Shown here one piece after another: positions 9,164-18,583 of a stretch of DNA of 64,000 bases. Origin of the DNA: Actinomycetota bacterium (GTDB taxonomy: Bacteria > Actinomycetota > CADDZG01 > WHSQ01); the NCBI GenBank assembly GCA_013695465.1, contig JACDAL010000022.1, positions 451 to 64,450 on the forward strand, read 5' to 3'. Made by a program: the position numbers and the translations under genes. The notes beneath the pieces were generated by a model. The model was not told the DNA's origin and searched no databases. It was given only the letters and a program-made list of their open reading frames with translations. How positions within the stretch are numbered: position 1 is the stretch's first letter; each line of letters begins with the position of its first letter.

Positions 9164-10240
9164 ATGGCGACCGTAGCTGCACAGCGCCTCCAGGCAATGC
9201 CGAGAGAGGTCGGCGCGCGCCCGCAACTTTCCTCCCGAGAGCATCTCATTACCGTGCTCCTGGCGGCGTGGATGACGGCGGGCATCTTTATCGATGGCTG
9301 GGCCCACATCAACCTCACGCGCCTCGAAACCTTCTTCACGCCTTGGCATGCGGTCTTCTATTCCGGTTTTCTTGCAACTGCGAGCTGGGTCTCGTATGAG
9401 GCGCTCCGCTTCCAGCCTCGACCGCGGGCCTTTGACCGCGCTGCCGTTCCGGCCGGCTATCTGGTGGGCCTGCTCGGCATCCTGCTGTTCGGCCTAGGAG
9501 GCGTCGCCGACATGTTGTGGCATGTGATCTTTGGCATCGAGGTCGGCATCGACGCCCTCTTGAGCCCTTCCCACATCGTCCTGTTCATGGGAGGCCTGCT
9601 GATCGGCTCGAGCCCACTGCGCGCCCTCTGGCATGCCCATGGTCCGCCGAGCTCATACGCTCCGATACTCGGCTCCCTGACCCTGACCACCGCAGGGCTC
9701 GCCTTCTTCTTCCTCTACCTGTCCCCTTTCACCGACCTCACTCCCACGACCTCGTTCGTGGAATGGGCGAAGCGTGCCCCCGCCGAGCTTGGCTACGCGG
9801 ACATCAACCTCAGCCTCGGAGTCGCCGGCTTCCTGCTTTCGACCGTGATCCTCGTTACCCCGCTGCTGCTCGCGCTACTTCGCTTCCGGCTCCCGTTCGG
9901 CTCTGCGACTCTGATCTTCACCACGGTGGCGTTCGGGCTCATCGCCATGCATGAGTTCCAGCCCGCCGCGCCGTTGCTCGGCGCCTTCATTGGAGGCCTT
10001 CTCTCGGACGTCACGCTGGCGAAGCTGCGGCCGTCGCCCGAGCGGCCCGCAGCCCTGTGCGCGGCCGGAGCCCTGCTCCCGGCCCTGCTGTGGGCCTCCC
10101 ATTTTGGGGTTCTGGCGGTGGGCTACGGCATCGGCTGGCCGGCCGAGCTGTGGACCGGCGTAATCGTGCTGAGCTCCCTGATTGGCTTGCTCATCGCCTT
10201 CTTGCTGGTACTGCCCCGGCCGCGGACGGCCCCCGCCTAG
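9164..10240 (+). CDS. integral membrane protein, function unknown
   Basis: This is the C-terminal 358 aa of track ORF 8435..10240, starting at the ATG at 9164. It has multiple hydrophobic helices (LITVLLAAWMTAGIFIDGWAH..., LVGLLGILLFGLGGVADMLWH...). The upstream part of the ORF overlaps TetR in another frame and is a shadow. Confidence 0.6.
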   Translation: MATVAAQRLQAMPREVGARPQLSSREHLITVLLAAWMTAGIFIDGWAHINLTRLETFFTPWHAVFYSGFLATASWVSYEALRFQPRPRAFDRAAVPAGYLVGLLGILLFGLGGVADMLWHVIFGIEVGIDALLSPSHIVLFMGGLLIGSSPLRALWHAHGPPSSYAPILGSLTLTTAGLAFFFLYLSPFTDLTPTTSFVEWAKRAPAELGYADINLSLGVAGFLLSTVILVTPLLLALLRFRLPFGSATLIFTTVAFGLIAMHEFQPAAPLLGAFIGGLLSDVTLAKLRPSPERPAALCAAGALLPALLWASHFGVLAVGYGIGWPAELWTGVIVLSSLIGLLIAFLLVLPRPRTAPA

Positions 10241-10329
10241 CCGCCGGAGCGGGATCCGTCCCGGTACCTACAGGCCCAGGTTGGGTGATCGGCTACCGCG
10301 GCCGGTGGTGTGGATGGCAGGGGCCGGGT

Positions 10330-11514
10330 CTAGGCCGCGGGAGGGTCCTGGGCCAGCGCGGCCCTCATGCCCCTGACCGCTTGTCTGATCCGCTGCTCGT
10401 TCTCGACCAGGGCAAAGCGCACGAAGCCGTCCCCGGTGGGTCCGAAGCCGATACCCGGCGATACCGCCACCTTGCCCTCTCGGAGCAGGAACTTCGAGAA
10501 CTCGAGTGAGCCGAGGTGGGCGAACCGCTCGGGGATCGGCGCCCATGCGAACATCGTCGCAGGCGGCGTCGGCATGTCCCAGCCGATCCGTGCAAGCCCG
10601 TCGCAGAGTGCGTCGCGCCGGCTGCGGTAGATCTCTCGGATCTCCTTGGGGACCGTCTGGCACTCGTTGAGCGCGATTATCCCTGCGATCTGGATGGGCT
10701 GAAAGACGCCGTAGTCGAGATAGGACTTGAGCTTGGTCAGCGCCTGCACTATCGCCGGGTTGCCCACGCAGAAAGCGAGGCGCCAGCCCGCCATCGAGTA
10801 GGACTTCGACATCGAGAAGAACTCGACCCCTACCTCCTTGGCGCCGGGCACCTGCAGCAGCGAGGGGGCATGCTCGGCATCGAAGACGAGATCGGCGTAG
10901 GCGAGGTCGTGGACAATCACCATGTTGCGGCGGCGTGCGAAATCGACCAGCTGTTCGAAGAAGGCGAGGTCGACCACGGCGGTGGTGGGGTTGTGGGGGA
11001 AGGAGCACAAGACCACTCGCGGCTTGGGCTCCGAGCGCTCGTAGGCAGCCACCAGGTCTGCGAAGAAATCCGATTCCAGCGCCAGAGGGACCGCGGTGAT
11101 GTGGGCTCCCGAGAGGATCATCGCATAGGTGTGAATGGGGTACGTCGGCTCGGGCACAAGGACCGAGTCGCCCGGTTCGCACAAAGCCCAGGCCAGGTGC
11201 GAGAGGCCTTCCTTGGCGCCTATCGTGGCCACTGTCTCGGTTTCGGGGTCGAGCTCGACGCCCCATGAGCGCTCGTAGAGGTCCGCGATGGCCGCTCTCA
11301 GCTTGGGGATGCCCTTGGAGGCCGAGTAGCGGTGGTTGCGGGGGTTGTCCACCGCCTCCTTGAGCTTCTCCACCACCGGCTCGGGCGTGGGGATGTCTGG
11401 GTTTCCCATGCCGAGGTCGATGATGTCCTCGCCCGCCCGCCGGGCGGCCATCTTGAGGTCGTTGACGATAGAGAAGACGTAGGGCGGGAACCTGGAAATG
11501 CGCCGGAACTGCAT
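10330..11514 (-). CDS. class I/II PLP aminotransferase (alanine/aspartate aminotransferase-like)
   Basis: [44 protein letters not shown]...[13 protein letters not shown]...[16 protein letters not shown]. The start is set at the ATG at 11514. Confidence 0.85.
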   Translation of the reverse strand: MQFRRISRFPPYVFSIVNDLKMAARRAGEDIIDLGMGNPDIPTPEPVVEKLKEAVDNPRNHRYSASKGIPKLRAAIADLYERSWGVELDPETETVATIGAKEGLSHLAWALCEPGDSVLVPEPTYPIHTYAMILSGAHITAVPLALESDFFADLVAAYERSEPKPRVVLCSFPHNPTTAVVDLAFFEQLVDFARRRNMVIVHDLAYADLVFDAEHAPSLLQVPGAKEVGVEFFSMSKSYSMAGWRLAFCVGNPAIVQALTKLKSYLDYGVFQPIQIAGIIALNECQTVPKEIREIYRSRRDALCDGLARIGWDMPTPPATMFAWAPIPERFAHLGSLEFSKFLLREGKVAVSPGIGFGPTGDGFVRFALVENEQRIRQAVRGMRAALAQDPPAA

Positions 11515-11674
11515 GTTCGGCAACCTAGCAGCCGCTCGGCGGGGGCTCGGGCCGCCCCGCACCGGCCGCGCCGGCTCGGCAGCGGACCGCCGCCGCGCCC
11601 CTCGGCGTACGGAATCGATACCCGGAAGCGACTGCTCGCGTTGAATCCGGCCGGGAAGGCTGGAGGGACGGTGA

Positions 11675-12295
11675 CTACTGGTTGGGGTCGTCGAGGTCGG
11701 GACTTGCCCGGTCGAGCCGCTCCACCTTCCCGAACCTGATCCCATCGCCGTCCGGTTCCGCCTCCACTGAGATGACACCGCCGTTCGATAGCCCCCTCAG
11801 CCGGTGTGAGCCCGCCACCCCGTAGCCCTTCGCCGCGGCCACCAGCCACCTGATCGTGCCCCCGTGGCCGACGATCGCGACCGTTCCCGAGGGATGCGCT
11901 TCGAGCACCCGTCGCAGCCCGGTCAGTGCCCGCTCGGTTACCTCCTCGGGAGACTCGCCCCCCGGGCGCCTGTTGCCGTGGCGGGCGGGGCCCCACAACT
12001 CAGGCCAGCGGCGGCGGATCTCGTCGATATGAACACCTTCCCAGTCGCCCTGATCGATCTCTCTAAACGCGGGGTCGGTTACGACCTCCACGCCGTGCTC
12101 GGCGGCGATTGGCCGGGCCGTGTCGAGGGCGCGCTGGAGATCACTGGCGTAGACGGCGTCGATGTCATGGGTGGAGAGTGCGGCAGCCGCCTCCCGAGCC
12201 TGCCGCCGACCCTTGCGATTGAGAGGGATATCGGCCTGGCCTTGAGCGAGGCGGGCCTTGTTCCAATCGGTGGCACCGTGACGCACCAGCAACAA
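11675..12295 (-). CDS. histidine phosphatase family protein (phosphoglycerate mutase-like)
   Basis: [12 protein letters not shown] (RHG motif) ...[11 protein letters not shown]. Confidence 0.85.
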   Translation of the reverse strand: MLLVRHGATDWNKARLAQGQADIPLNRKGRRQAREAAAALSTHDIDAVYASDLQRALDTARPIAAEHGVEVVTDPAFREIDQGDWEGVHIDEIRRRWPELWGPARHGNRRPGGESPEEVTERALTGLRRVLEAHPSGTVAIVGHGGTIRWLVAAAKGYGVAGSHRLRGLSNGGVISVEAEPDGDGIRFGKVERLDRASPDLDDPNQ

Positions 12296-12313
12296 ACGTG
12301 TGATCGGGACTCC

Positions 12314-13183
12314 TCAGCGCTCGCCGGCCAGCGCCTGGGCGAGACGCGCGGCCGAGCTGCCGAGGTTGTGCTCTGCCGCGAGGACCTCCAGCCGGTCGAG
12401 CTCCGGGGGGTGCGGCTCGGTAACTGTGAGAGGAGCATCCCTGACGAGCTCGACGACGCCCCGGGCTGCGAGGAGGTAGTCGAGCGCCTCATCGAACGCC
12501 GCCTTCAGTTTGGGGGGCAGCTCCTCGAGGTTTCCGATGATCCCGGCCACCGAGCCGTGCTCGGACAATAGCTTCGCCGCCCGCACCGGCCCGATTCCCG
12601 GCACGCCGGGAAGGCCGTCGGAGGGATCGCCTCTCAGCGTGGCGAAGTCCGCGTACAGCCGCGGGGGAACGCCATACTTCGCCTCTACTGCGGCCTCGTC
12701 AAAGACGGTCACGTCGGTCACCCCTCGGCGAGGAAACAGCAGCCGGACGTCCGGATCGCGCACGAGCGGGAGGAGGTCGCGATCTCCGGTCACAACGGTC
12801 GCCATCTCACCGGCCTCTTTGTCCTCGATGAGGGTGGCGATGGCGTCGTCTGCCTCGAGCTCGGGCGCTTCGATGCAGCAGATCCCGGCGGCATCGAGGA
12901 CCTCAGCGAGCAGGTCGAACTGGGGCGGCAGCTCGGGGGGGTCCTCGGCCCGTTCCGCCTTGTAGCCGGCATAGGCCTCGACCCTGAAGGCCGGGCGCCA
13001 CTCGGCGTCGAACACGGCCACGATGTCATCGGGGCGATGGTCGACGACTATTCGGGTCACCATTTCCATGAACCCGCGCACCGCGTTCACCGGGTGCCCC
13101 TTGGGATCGGTGATCGTGGTCGGCCATGAGAAGAAGGCCCGGTAGACGAGGCTAGGAGCATCGAGATAGAAGCGGGTGCGCAT
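12314..13183 (-). CDS. 5'-3' exonuclease (FEN / Pol I N-terminal domain-like)
   Basis: LDAPSLVYRAFFS...AVFDAEWRPAFRVEAYAGYKAER...EADDAIATL...TGDRDLLPL...GVPGIGPVRAAKLL. Confidence 0.9.
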   Translation of the reverse strand: MRTRFYLDAPSLVYRAFFSWPTTITDPKGHPVNAVRGFMEMVTRIVVDHRPDDIVAVFDAEWRPAFRVEAYAGYKAERAEDPPELPPQFDLLAEVLDAAGICCIEAPELEADDAIATLIEDKEAGEMATVVTGDRDLLPLVRDPDVRLLFPRRGVTDVTVFDEAAVEAKYGVPPRLYADFATLRGDPSDGLPGVPGIGPVRAAKLLSEHGSVAGIIGNLEELPPKLKAAFDEALDYLLAARGVVELVRDAPLTVTEPHPPELDRLEVLAAEHNLGSSAARLAQALAGER

Positions 13184-13425
13184 GACCGAACCCTAAGACG
13201 GACCCCGGTTCCTCAGCTCCTCGAGGTGCCACTTGTCTCAGAATCGCGATAGGTGAGGCCGGCGGGGTTTTTGTGGGACTCAGAGTGCCCTACTAAAGGG
13301 CACCGAGAGGCGCTCAAAACGTGAAGCGGAGGCCCAGAAGAGGTTCTGCTTGATCACCCTCAGTGTTCGCCGGGACAGAGTGATGGCCGTCACCGCTCAG
13401 GAAGTGGTGGCCGGCGTTGGCCGGT

Positions 13426-14316
13426 TCACTGAAGCAGTGGTCGCACGGCCTCCGCCAGCAGCGCGTACGCCGCCGGGTCGCGCGCGTCGGGGAACGTGAT
13501 CACGAGGTGGGTCGCACCGGCCCGGTGGCGCTCGGCCAGCGCCTGTGCTACGGCGGCGGGATCCCCCCAGATGTATGAGCTCGGGTCTCTGGAGCCCAGC
13601 TTGCGACGGGCCTCTGCCTCGTCCGACCCCAGGATCACGAGGCCCGCCCAGGTGATCTCCACCCCTCGCCCTTCGGCTGCGATGTTTACTCGCCCGGCGT
13701 CATGGACGAGGTCCGAGGCGCTGCCGCCCCAGCCGTTCCAGCCTTCGGCAAGGCGGCCGGCGGCTGCGATGGTTCCTTCGGAGCGGCCCGCCAGCCACAG
13801 CCGCGGGGGCACCGGGGGCCGCGGCAGCATGGCGAGGCCTTCGATTGCGACGAAATTGTCCTTGATGTTCACCGGCGGCTTGTGCCACGCCGCGTGGAGC
13901 ACCTCGGCGCAGCTCACCAGCTGGGCGACACGCTTTTTGCCGGCGTAATAGGGCAACCCGAAGGCCGCGTTCTCGTCTCTGCTCTGCTCGTCGCCGGAAC
14001 CGAGCCCGACGGTAAGGCGTCCGGGAGCGATCCCGGCCACTGTGGCCGCCATCGTGGCCAGCACCGCCGGCTGCCTGATCGTCGAGCGAGTAACCAGGGT
14101 GCCCAGTTCGATGCGGCTGGTTGCGGCGGCGAGATAAGCGAGGGTGGTCCACGCTTCCAGGGCCGGACGCTCCTTGCCACCAGTCAGAGGCCAGAGATGG
14201 TCGAAGACCCACGCCGAGTCGAGCCCCAGCGCCTCGGCCCTCAGGGCGGCGTCCACGACCTGGGCGGGGTCTGCGGTGAACTGGGGAAGCGTCACACCAA
14301 GCTTGAGCTCGCTCAT
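13426..14316 (-). CDS. LLM-class (luciferase-like) F420-dependent oxidoreductase
   Basis: MSELKLGVTLPQFTADPAQVVDAALRAEALGLDSAWVFDHLWPL...LTVGLGSG. The start is set at the ATG at 14316 inside track ORF 13426..15099. Confidence 0.8.
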   Translation of the reverse strand: MSELKLGVTLPQFTADPAQVVDAALRAEALGLDSAWVFDHLWPLTGGKERPALEAWTTLAYLAAATSRIELGTLVTRSTIRQPAVLATMAATVAGIAPGRLTVGLGSGDEQSRDENAAFGLPYYAGKKRVAQLVSCAEVLHAAWHKPPVNIKDNFVAIEGLAMLPRPPVPPRLWLAGRSEGTIAAAGRLAEGWNGWGGSASDLVHDAGRVNIAAEGRGVEITWAGLVILGSDEAEARRKLGSRDPSSYIWGDPAAVAQALAERHRAGATHLVITFPDARDPAAYALLAEAVRPLLQ

Positions 14317-15077
14317 GCGCTGAGCATGAGGTATCGCACCAGGAACTCCGACACGCCGGCGGTAAGGATGGCGACGTAGTAGAGACCGGTGGCGGACTGA
14401 ATCGAGCGGATCTCGACACACCTTCTGGCCATCCACACGACCGCCCCGGTAAGGGCCACCAGGCTCAACCAGATCACCAAGAAGGCCGTCGACAACGACC
14501 CCGACCCGGGAAACGAGAAGGCCGCGCCCTCGGTGGAGGCCCCCGCCAACAGGCCGCTTCCCGCCAGTCCCGCGGCTGCGGTCGCTGCGACCGCCACCAG
14601 CGACAGCGTGGTGAGCCGAGCCAGCGCCCAGGTCTTGAGGCCCGGCTGGTTCAGGTACCAGTGGCCCAGCAGCATGCCGTTTGTCACCGCGCCCAGCAGG
14701 AGGGCGCCTGAGAGGAGGCCTGGGAGTGCGAGCAGCCATGGCCACGAAGGGATCAGAGTTGCAAGAAACGCCAGGGCCGCGACTCCGAGCGCCCCGCCTG
14801 CGTACCCGACCACGACGCCGGCCGGCTCGGCCCGCACATACTGGGACACTAGGTAGACCGCAGCTACCACACCGAACCCCACGATCAGCAGGCCGCCTTC
14901 GCCGGAGGCTTGCAGCGCCGGCCCCGCCAGCACCGCCAACAGCACGCCGGTCCACGCCACGACGCGAAAGTGGCCGCGCCGCACGATCGACCACGACTGA
15001 GTCCATGAGGCGGCGGCCAGTAGACCCGCGCTCCACTCCAGCAGGACCAGGGCCACCACCGACTCGGCGCCCCTCAA
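14313..15077 (-). CDS. polytopic membrane protein, function unknown
   Basis: 254 aa, about 7 hydrophobic helices. Its stop overlaps the LLM start (ATGA). The start codon is uncertain: TTG at 15077, or a downstream GTG. Confidence 0.5.
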   Translation of the reverse strand: MRGAESVVALVLLEWSAGLLAAASWTQSWSIVRRGHFRVVAWTGVLLAVLAGPALQASGEGGLLIVGFGVVAAVYLVSQYVRAEPAGVVVGYAGGALGVAALAFLATLIPSWPWLLALPGLLSGALLLGAVTNGMLLGHWYLNQPGLKTWALARLTTLSLVAVAATAAAGLAGSGLLAGASTEGAAFSFPGSGSLSTAFLVIWLSLVALTGAVVWMARRCVEIRSIQSATGLYYVAILTAGVSEFLVRYLMLSA

Positions 15078-15115
15078 GAGGGCGCCATGATTGGTGCACC
15101 TTTGCGTAAGTCCCG

Positions 15116-15334
15116 ACGGCTCCGCCGAGGTCGGAATTGGGATTCTTTACGGCTCCGCCGAGGTCGGAATTGGGATTCTTTTCGCACCAGGACGTCCCTG
15201 CATCGACGATGGCTGCGTTGAACGGCTCCGCCGAGGTCGGAATTGGGATTCAATCTGTCGCTCACGTACCCTCCGGGTACGCGCGGCTCCTCTCGCCTTT
15301 GCCCACGGCTCCGCCGAGGTCGGAATTGGGATTC
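15116..15334. repeat. four perfect copies of a 30-bp direct repeat ACGGCTCCGCCGAGGTCGGAATTGGGATTC
   Basis: The copies are at 15116-15145, 15149-15178, 15222-15251 and 15305-15334, all identical. Start-to-start spacings are 33, 73 and 83 bp. The array is intergenic, between 15077 and 15387. Confidence 0.95.
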
Positions 15335-15386
15335 AATCGCCGCGCATTGCCGCCCTGGATGCTGACGCTACTTCCGCGCAGGAGCA

Positions 15387-15809
15387 CTAGCCGGGAAGCA
15401 GCCGCTTGAGCCAGCGCGGCACGAGAGAGCCGGCGATCTCGGCGATGTTGCGGATCAGCTCGAGCACATCCTCGTCGCCGTCCCAGTGCTCTCTGAGAAT
15501 CTCGACCGGGACCTGGTTGATCATGTAGTCGAGGGCGAACGCAGCGATCACAAGATCGTCGAGCTGGCCCACTCCCGGGACCATGTCGGGTATGACATCG
15601 ATGGGCGAGACAAGATAGCCGGCCACCAGGACCAGCACGGCCTTGCTGCGAGGAGGGACACGCGGATCCCTCATCAGGCGCACCATCAGCTTGACCAGCC
15701 GCGGCGCGATAAGTGCGTATTCCTTGAGCGTCGTCTGCCTCAGGACCCGGTCCCGTCGCTCCATCATGTCTCTCCTGCCCCCTTCTCCGTTGCTCGAATT
15801 GGTCATCAC
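15387..15809 (-). CDS. DUF1232 (YkvA-like) membrane protein
   Basis: 140 aa. SKAVLVLVAGYLVSPIDVIPDMVPGVGQLDDLVIAAFAL is the characteristic DUF1232 core. Confidence 0.75.
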   Translation of the reverse strand: MMTNSSNGEGGRRDMMERRDRVLRQTTLKEYALIAPRLVKLMVRLMRDPRVPPRSKAVLVLVAGYLVSPIDVIPDMVPGVGQLDDLVIAAFALDYMINQVPVEILREHWDGDEDVLELIRNIAEIAGSLVPRWLKRLLPG

Positions 15810-16774
15810 TCCTCCACCCTCCCCGGCGCCTCGGCGAGGGCGAGCGCTGCAGCTCCGATGATGCCTGCGTCTCCCCCCAGGGCGGCGATCACGATGCGCA
15901 GCGGTCTTCTCCTCTGCGCCTGAGTCATGCGGGCGATCTCGTCGCGCGCCGGGCCCAAGAAAGGTTCCCCCGCCCGCACCACTCCCCCGCCCAGCACGAT
16001 CACCTCCGGATCGAAGATATTGGCCATATTGGACAGCCCGATCGCCAGCGCTCGGCCGGCCCGCCTGAGCACCGTGCAGGCGGTGTCGTCGTATTCATGA
16101 GCGGCACGGGATACATCGGCCGCCGTCACCTCTTCGACCGAGGCGGCATAGCTGAGGATCGAGCTTGCCGGGTCCTCGGCCAGCGCCTCTCTCGCCATAC
16201 GAGCGATCGCCTGGCCCGACGCATACTGTTCCAGACAGCCCCGGAGCCCGCATTTGCAGGGGGGGCCGTGGGCCTCGATCACGGTGTGCCCCATCTCTGC
16301 CCCCGCGCCGGTTAGCCCGCGCACGAGCCGCCCCGCTTCAATGAATCCGGAGCCGATGCCGGTCCCCATCCCGAGGTAGGCGACGTGGTCCGATCCCCGA
16401 GCCGAGCCGTGGGCGCGCTCACCCCAGCAGGCTGCGTTGGCGTCGTTGTCGACCAGGGTCGGAAGACCCGTGTGTGTTCGTACCGCCTGCGCGATGTGCG
16501 GGTCGTCGTAGGTGAGGTTCGGCGCGAACGTCACGGTCCCGCTGGCGGCGTCGATGAAGCCGGCCGCGCCGATGCCGACGGCGCCGACCTCTATTCCGAG
16601 CTCGACCGCCTTGACCAATAGATCCTCGGCCACCGCGATCGCTCCCTTGGTACCCCCCGAAAACAGTGTGGGCCGTTCGACGCGGGCGGCAATCTCACCC
16701 GAGTCGTGAACCAGGGCAGCCTTAGTGCCAGTCCCACCCACGTCGATACCGATGGCCGTGCGTCTCGCTCCCAC
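15806..16774 (-). CDS. ROK family sugar kinase (glucokinase-like)
   Basis: AIGIDVGGTGTKAALV...DNDANAACWGE...GMGTGIGSGF...GHTVIEAHGPPCKCGLRGCLEQYASG (ROK zinc motif). Confidence 0.85.
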   Translation of the reverse strand: MGARRTAIGIDVGGTGTKAALVHDSGEIAARVERPTLFSGGTKGAIAVAEDLLVKAVELGIEVGAVGIGAAGFIDAASGTVTFAPNLTYDDPHIAQAVRTHTGLPTLVDNDANAACWGERAHGSARGSDHVAYLGMGTGIGSGFIEAGRLVRGLTGAGAEMGHTVIEAHGPPCKCGLRGCLEQYASGQAIARMAREALAEDPASSILSYAASVEEVTAADVSRAAHEYDDTACTVLRRAGRALAIGLSNMANIFDPEVIVLGGGVVRAGEPFLGPARDEIARMTQAQRRRPLRIVIAALGGDAGIIGAAALALAEAPGRVEE

Positions 16775-16864
16775 CCAAACAGGATAGGGCCCGGGTCGGC
16801 GACTTCTCCTCTATCGAAGCCGCTGGCGCTGGTGACGTGGAAAAAGCCGGCGGTGGCGGCCCCC

Positions 16865-17644
16865 TCAGTCGTCGCCGGAGCGGTGTGCGAAAGCTCGACG
16901 CGTTCTCCTGAAGTAGCCCACGTTCAGGCACATCGTCCGCCCGATGTGCATGGAGGACAGAAGTGGCTGGTGCACGTGGCCGAAGTAGTGGCGGCGCGGC
17001 TGCACCTCCTCGATGTAGGCCAGCAGCGCTTCGCTGCCTCGTTCGACTCTCTTGGCACGGGTGTCGTAACACAGCTCCGGCACGGCCGGAGGTATGTGCG
17101 AGCACAGCACGTCGGCCTCCCCCAGGGACTCCACCTTGGCTCTCATCTCCTCGACCGAGATTTCGCCGGCCACGTGCAGCGGAGTCGGTAGCGCTCCCCC
17201 CACGAAGCCAAAGCGCTCGCCGTCGAGTTCGAAGACGCGACCGTCCGCCCACGTCACGGCCGGGGTGGCCTCACAAAGCCAGTGAGCGATCTTCGGGTTG
17301 TCGACATTGCCGAGGAGGAGATATGTGGGCTCGGGCAGAGCCTCGAATAGCCGGTCATAGGCCGTCTGCACGCGCGATCCGATCTCGGCTCGCACCTCCT
17401 GCTCCCTGCCCTCGGAGCGAGCCTCCATGACTCGCCGGGCCTCGAGGACGTCTCCGGCCGTGCGCAGGCGGACGACCTCGGAAACGGTCTCTACCGAAAA
17501 GACCTCGGTGAGGATCCCACTCATCGAGGTGTAGTCGATGAAATTGATGAGGTCTCCCAAGAGAAGCAGGATTGCGCCCTCGGGCACCGCCTTCACGAGC
17601 GCGTCGTCTGCTCCGTGAAGATCGGACACGACATAGATCGCCAC
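16865..17644 (-). CDS. metallophosphoesterase
   Basis: MAIYVVSDLHG...LLLLGDLINFIDY...LLGNVDNP...HIPP...FGHVH motifs. Confidence 0.8.
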   Translation of the reverse strand: MAIYVVSDLHGADDALVKAVPEGAILLLLGDLINFIDYTSMSGILTEVFSVETVSEVVRLRTAGDVLEARRVMEARSEGREQEVRAEIGSRVQTAYDRLFEALPEPTYLLLGNVDNPKIAHWLCEATPAVTWADGRVFELDGERFGFVGGALPTPLHVAGEISVEEMRAKVESLGEADVLCSHIPPAVPELCYDTRAKRVERGSEALLAYIEEVQPRRHYFGHVHQPLLSSMHIGRTMCLNVGYFRRTRRAFAHRSGDD

Positions 17645-17674
17645 CCTGGGGATGGTACCGGTCTCCCCCAGGGA

Positions 17675-18583
17675 ATGATTGACGCGGGCGGCTCAGCCAC
17701 TGAGGATCAATCCGTGCGCGTCTACGTCCATGGTGGAGTCTCGGGGAGGACCCGGGAAGCGCGTGATCTGACCTATGCGGTCGCCGCAGCGCAAGTGTCC
17801 TCGAGTGCTCTGGGGGCCGTGGAGGCCGCGATCATGAAGCTGGAGGACGATCCCGAGCTGAACGCAGGCTACGGCGCGGTCCTCAATGTGGCCGGCGGGC
17901 TCGAGCTCGATGCCGGGATCGCGGATGGATCCACCGGTGCGGTCGGAGCGGTCGCCGGGATCGCGGTGCGCAATCCCATCCGCTTGGCGCGCGCCGTCCT
18001 CGAGCACACTCCCCACGTCCTGGTGACGGGGCAGGGCGCAGCTCGTCTGGCGGAGGAGCTCGGGCTGGCACCACTCGAGGACACCACCCCCTCGCAACGG
18101 GCGCGGTGGCAGGAGAGTTTGTCGGGGAAAGCGTCCGCAGGCGACGGCTTTGGAGCACCCGAGCAGGTGGACACGGTTGGGGCGGTTGCGCTCGACGAGC
18201 GCGGCCGCCTGTGCGCCGGGAGCTCAACTGGAGGTGTGGCGGGTCAGATGGCCGGAAGGGTCGGGGACTCTCCCCTGTTCGGCGCGGGCTTCTACGCGTC
18301 CAGGGCGGTCGCGGTCATCGGGACCGGCGTGGGGGAGCTGTTCATTGAAACGCTCGCAAGCCTGCGGGCGGGACACTTGATCGAGTGCGGGGTCGCCCCT
18401 CAGCAAGCCTGCGAATCCACCCTTGCGATGCTCGGGGAACGACGTGCCGATGCCGCCGCAGGCCTTCTGGCACTGGACGACGAGGGCCGAGTCGGCGCCG
18501 CCTACAGGGGCGACTCGTGGTCCCTCGCCGGACCGGAGGGAATCATGGACGCGGTTCGATTGGAGTTGGTCAGCCGGCGGTGA
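17675..18583 (+). CDS. isoaspartyl peptidase / L-asparaginase (Ntn hydrolase, asparaginase_2)
   Basis: HGG...LNAGYGAVLN...VDTVGAVALDERGRLCAGSSTGGVAGQMAGRVGDSPLFGAGFYA, with the nucleophile Thr in the DTVGAVA context. The start is uncertain (ATG at 17675, or earlier at 17615). Confidence 0.85.
   Translation: MIDAGGSATEDQSVRVYVHGGVSGRTREARDLTYAVAAAQVSSSALGAVEAAIMKLEDDPELNAGYGAVLNVAGGLELDAGIADGSTGAVGAVAGIAVRNPIRLARAVLEHTPHVLVTGQGAARLAEELGLAPLEDTTPSQRARWQESLSGKASAGDGFGAPEQVDTVGAVALDERGRLCAGSSTGGVAGQMAGRVGDSPLFGAGFYASRAVAVIGTGVGELFIETLASLRAGHLIECGVAPQQACESTLAMLGERRADAAAGLLALDDEGRVGAAYRGDSWSLAGPEGIMDAVRLELVSRR

Noticed and set aside
13184-13425. 242-bp intergenic region scanned for tRNA or sRNA (contains the hairpin GTGCCCT-ACTAA-AGGGCAC)
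   Set aside because: There is no cloverleaf, no conserved T-loop (GTTCGAATC-like) or other motif I recognise. A single short hairpin is not enough to call an RNA gene.
15116-15334. Possible CRISPR array (four identical ~30-bp repeats)
   Set aside because: The spacers would be 3, 43 and 53 bp, far too irregular for a CRISPR array. There are only four copies, no cas genes anywhere in the window, and the repeat has no typical CRISPR repeat termini. It is kept as a generic direct-repeat array.
15091-15409. ORFs translating the repeat as a reiterated peptide (GSAEVGIGI...), which could look like a RiPP-type multi-core precursor
   Set aside because: The four DNA copies fall into different reading frames: copies 1, 2 and 4 in one track ORF, copy 3 in another. 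No single ORF carries all the cores, and the repeat identity is at the DNA level.
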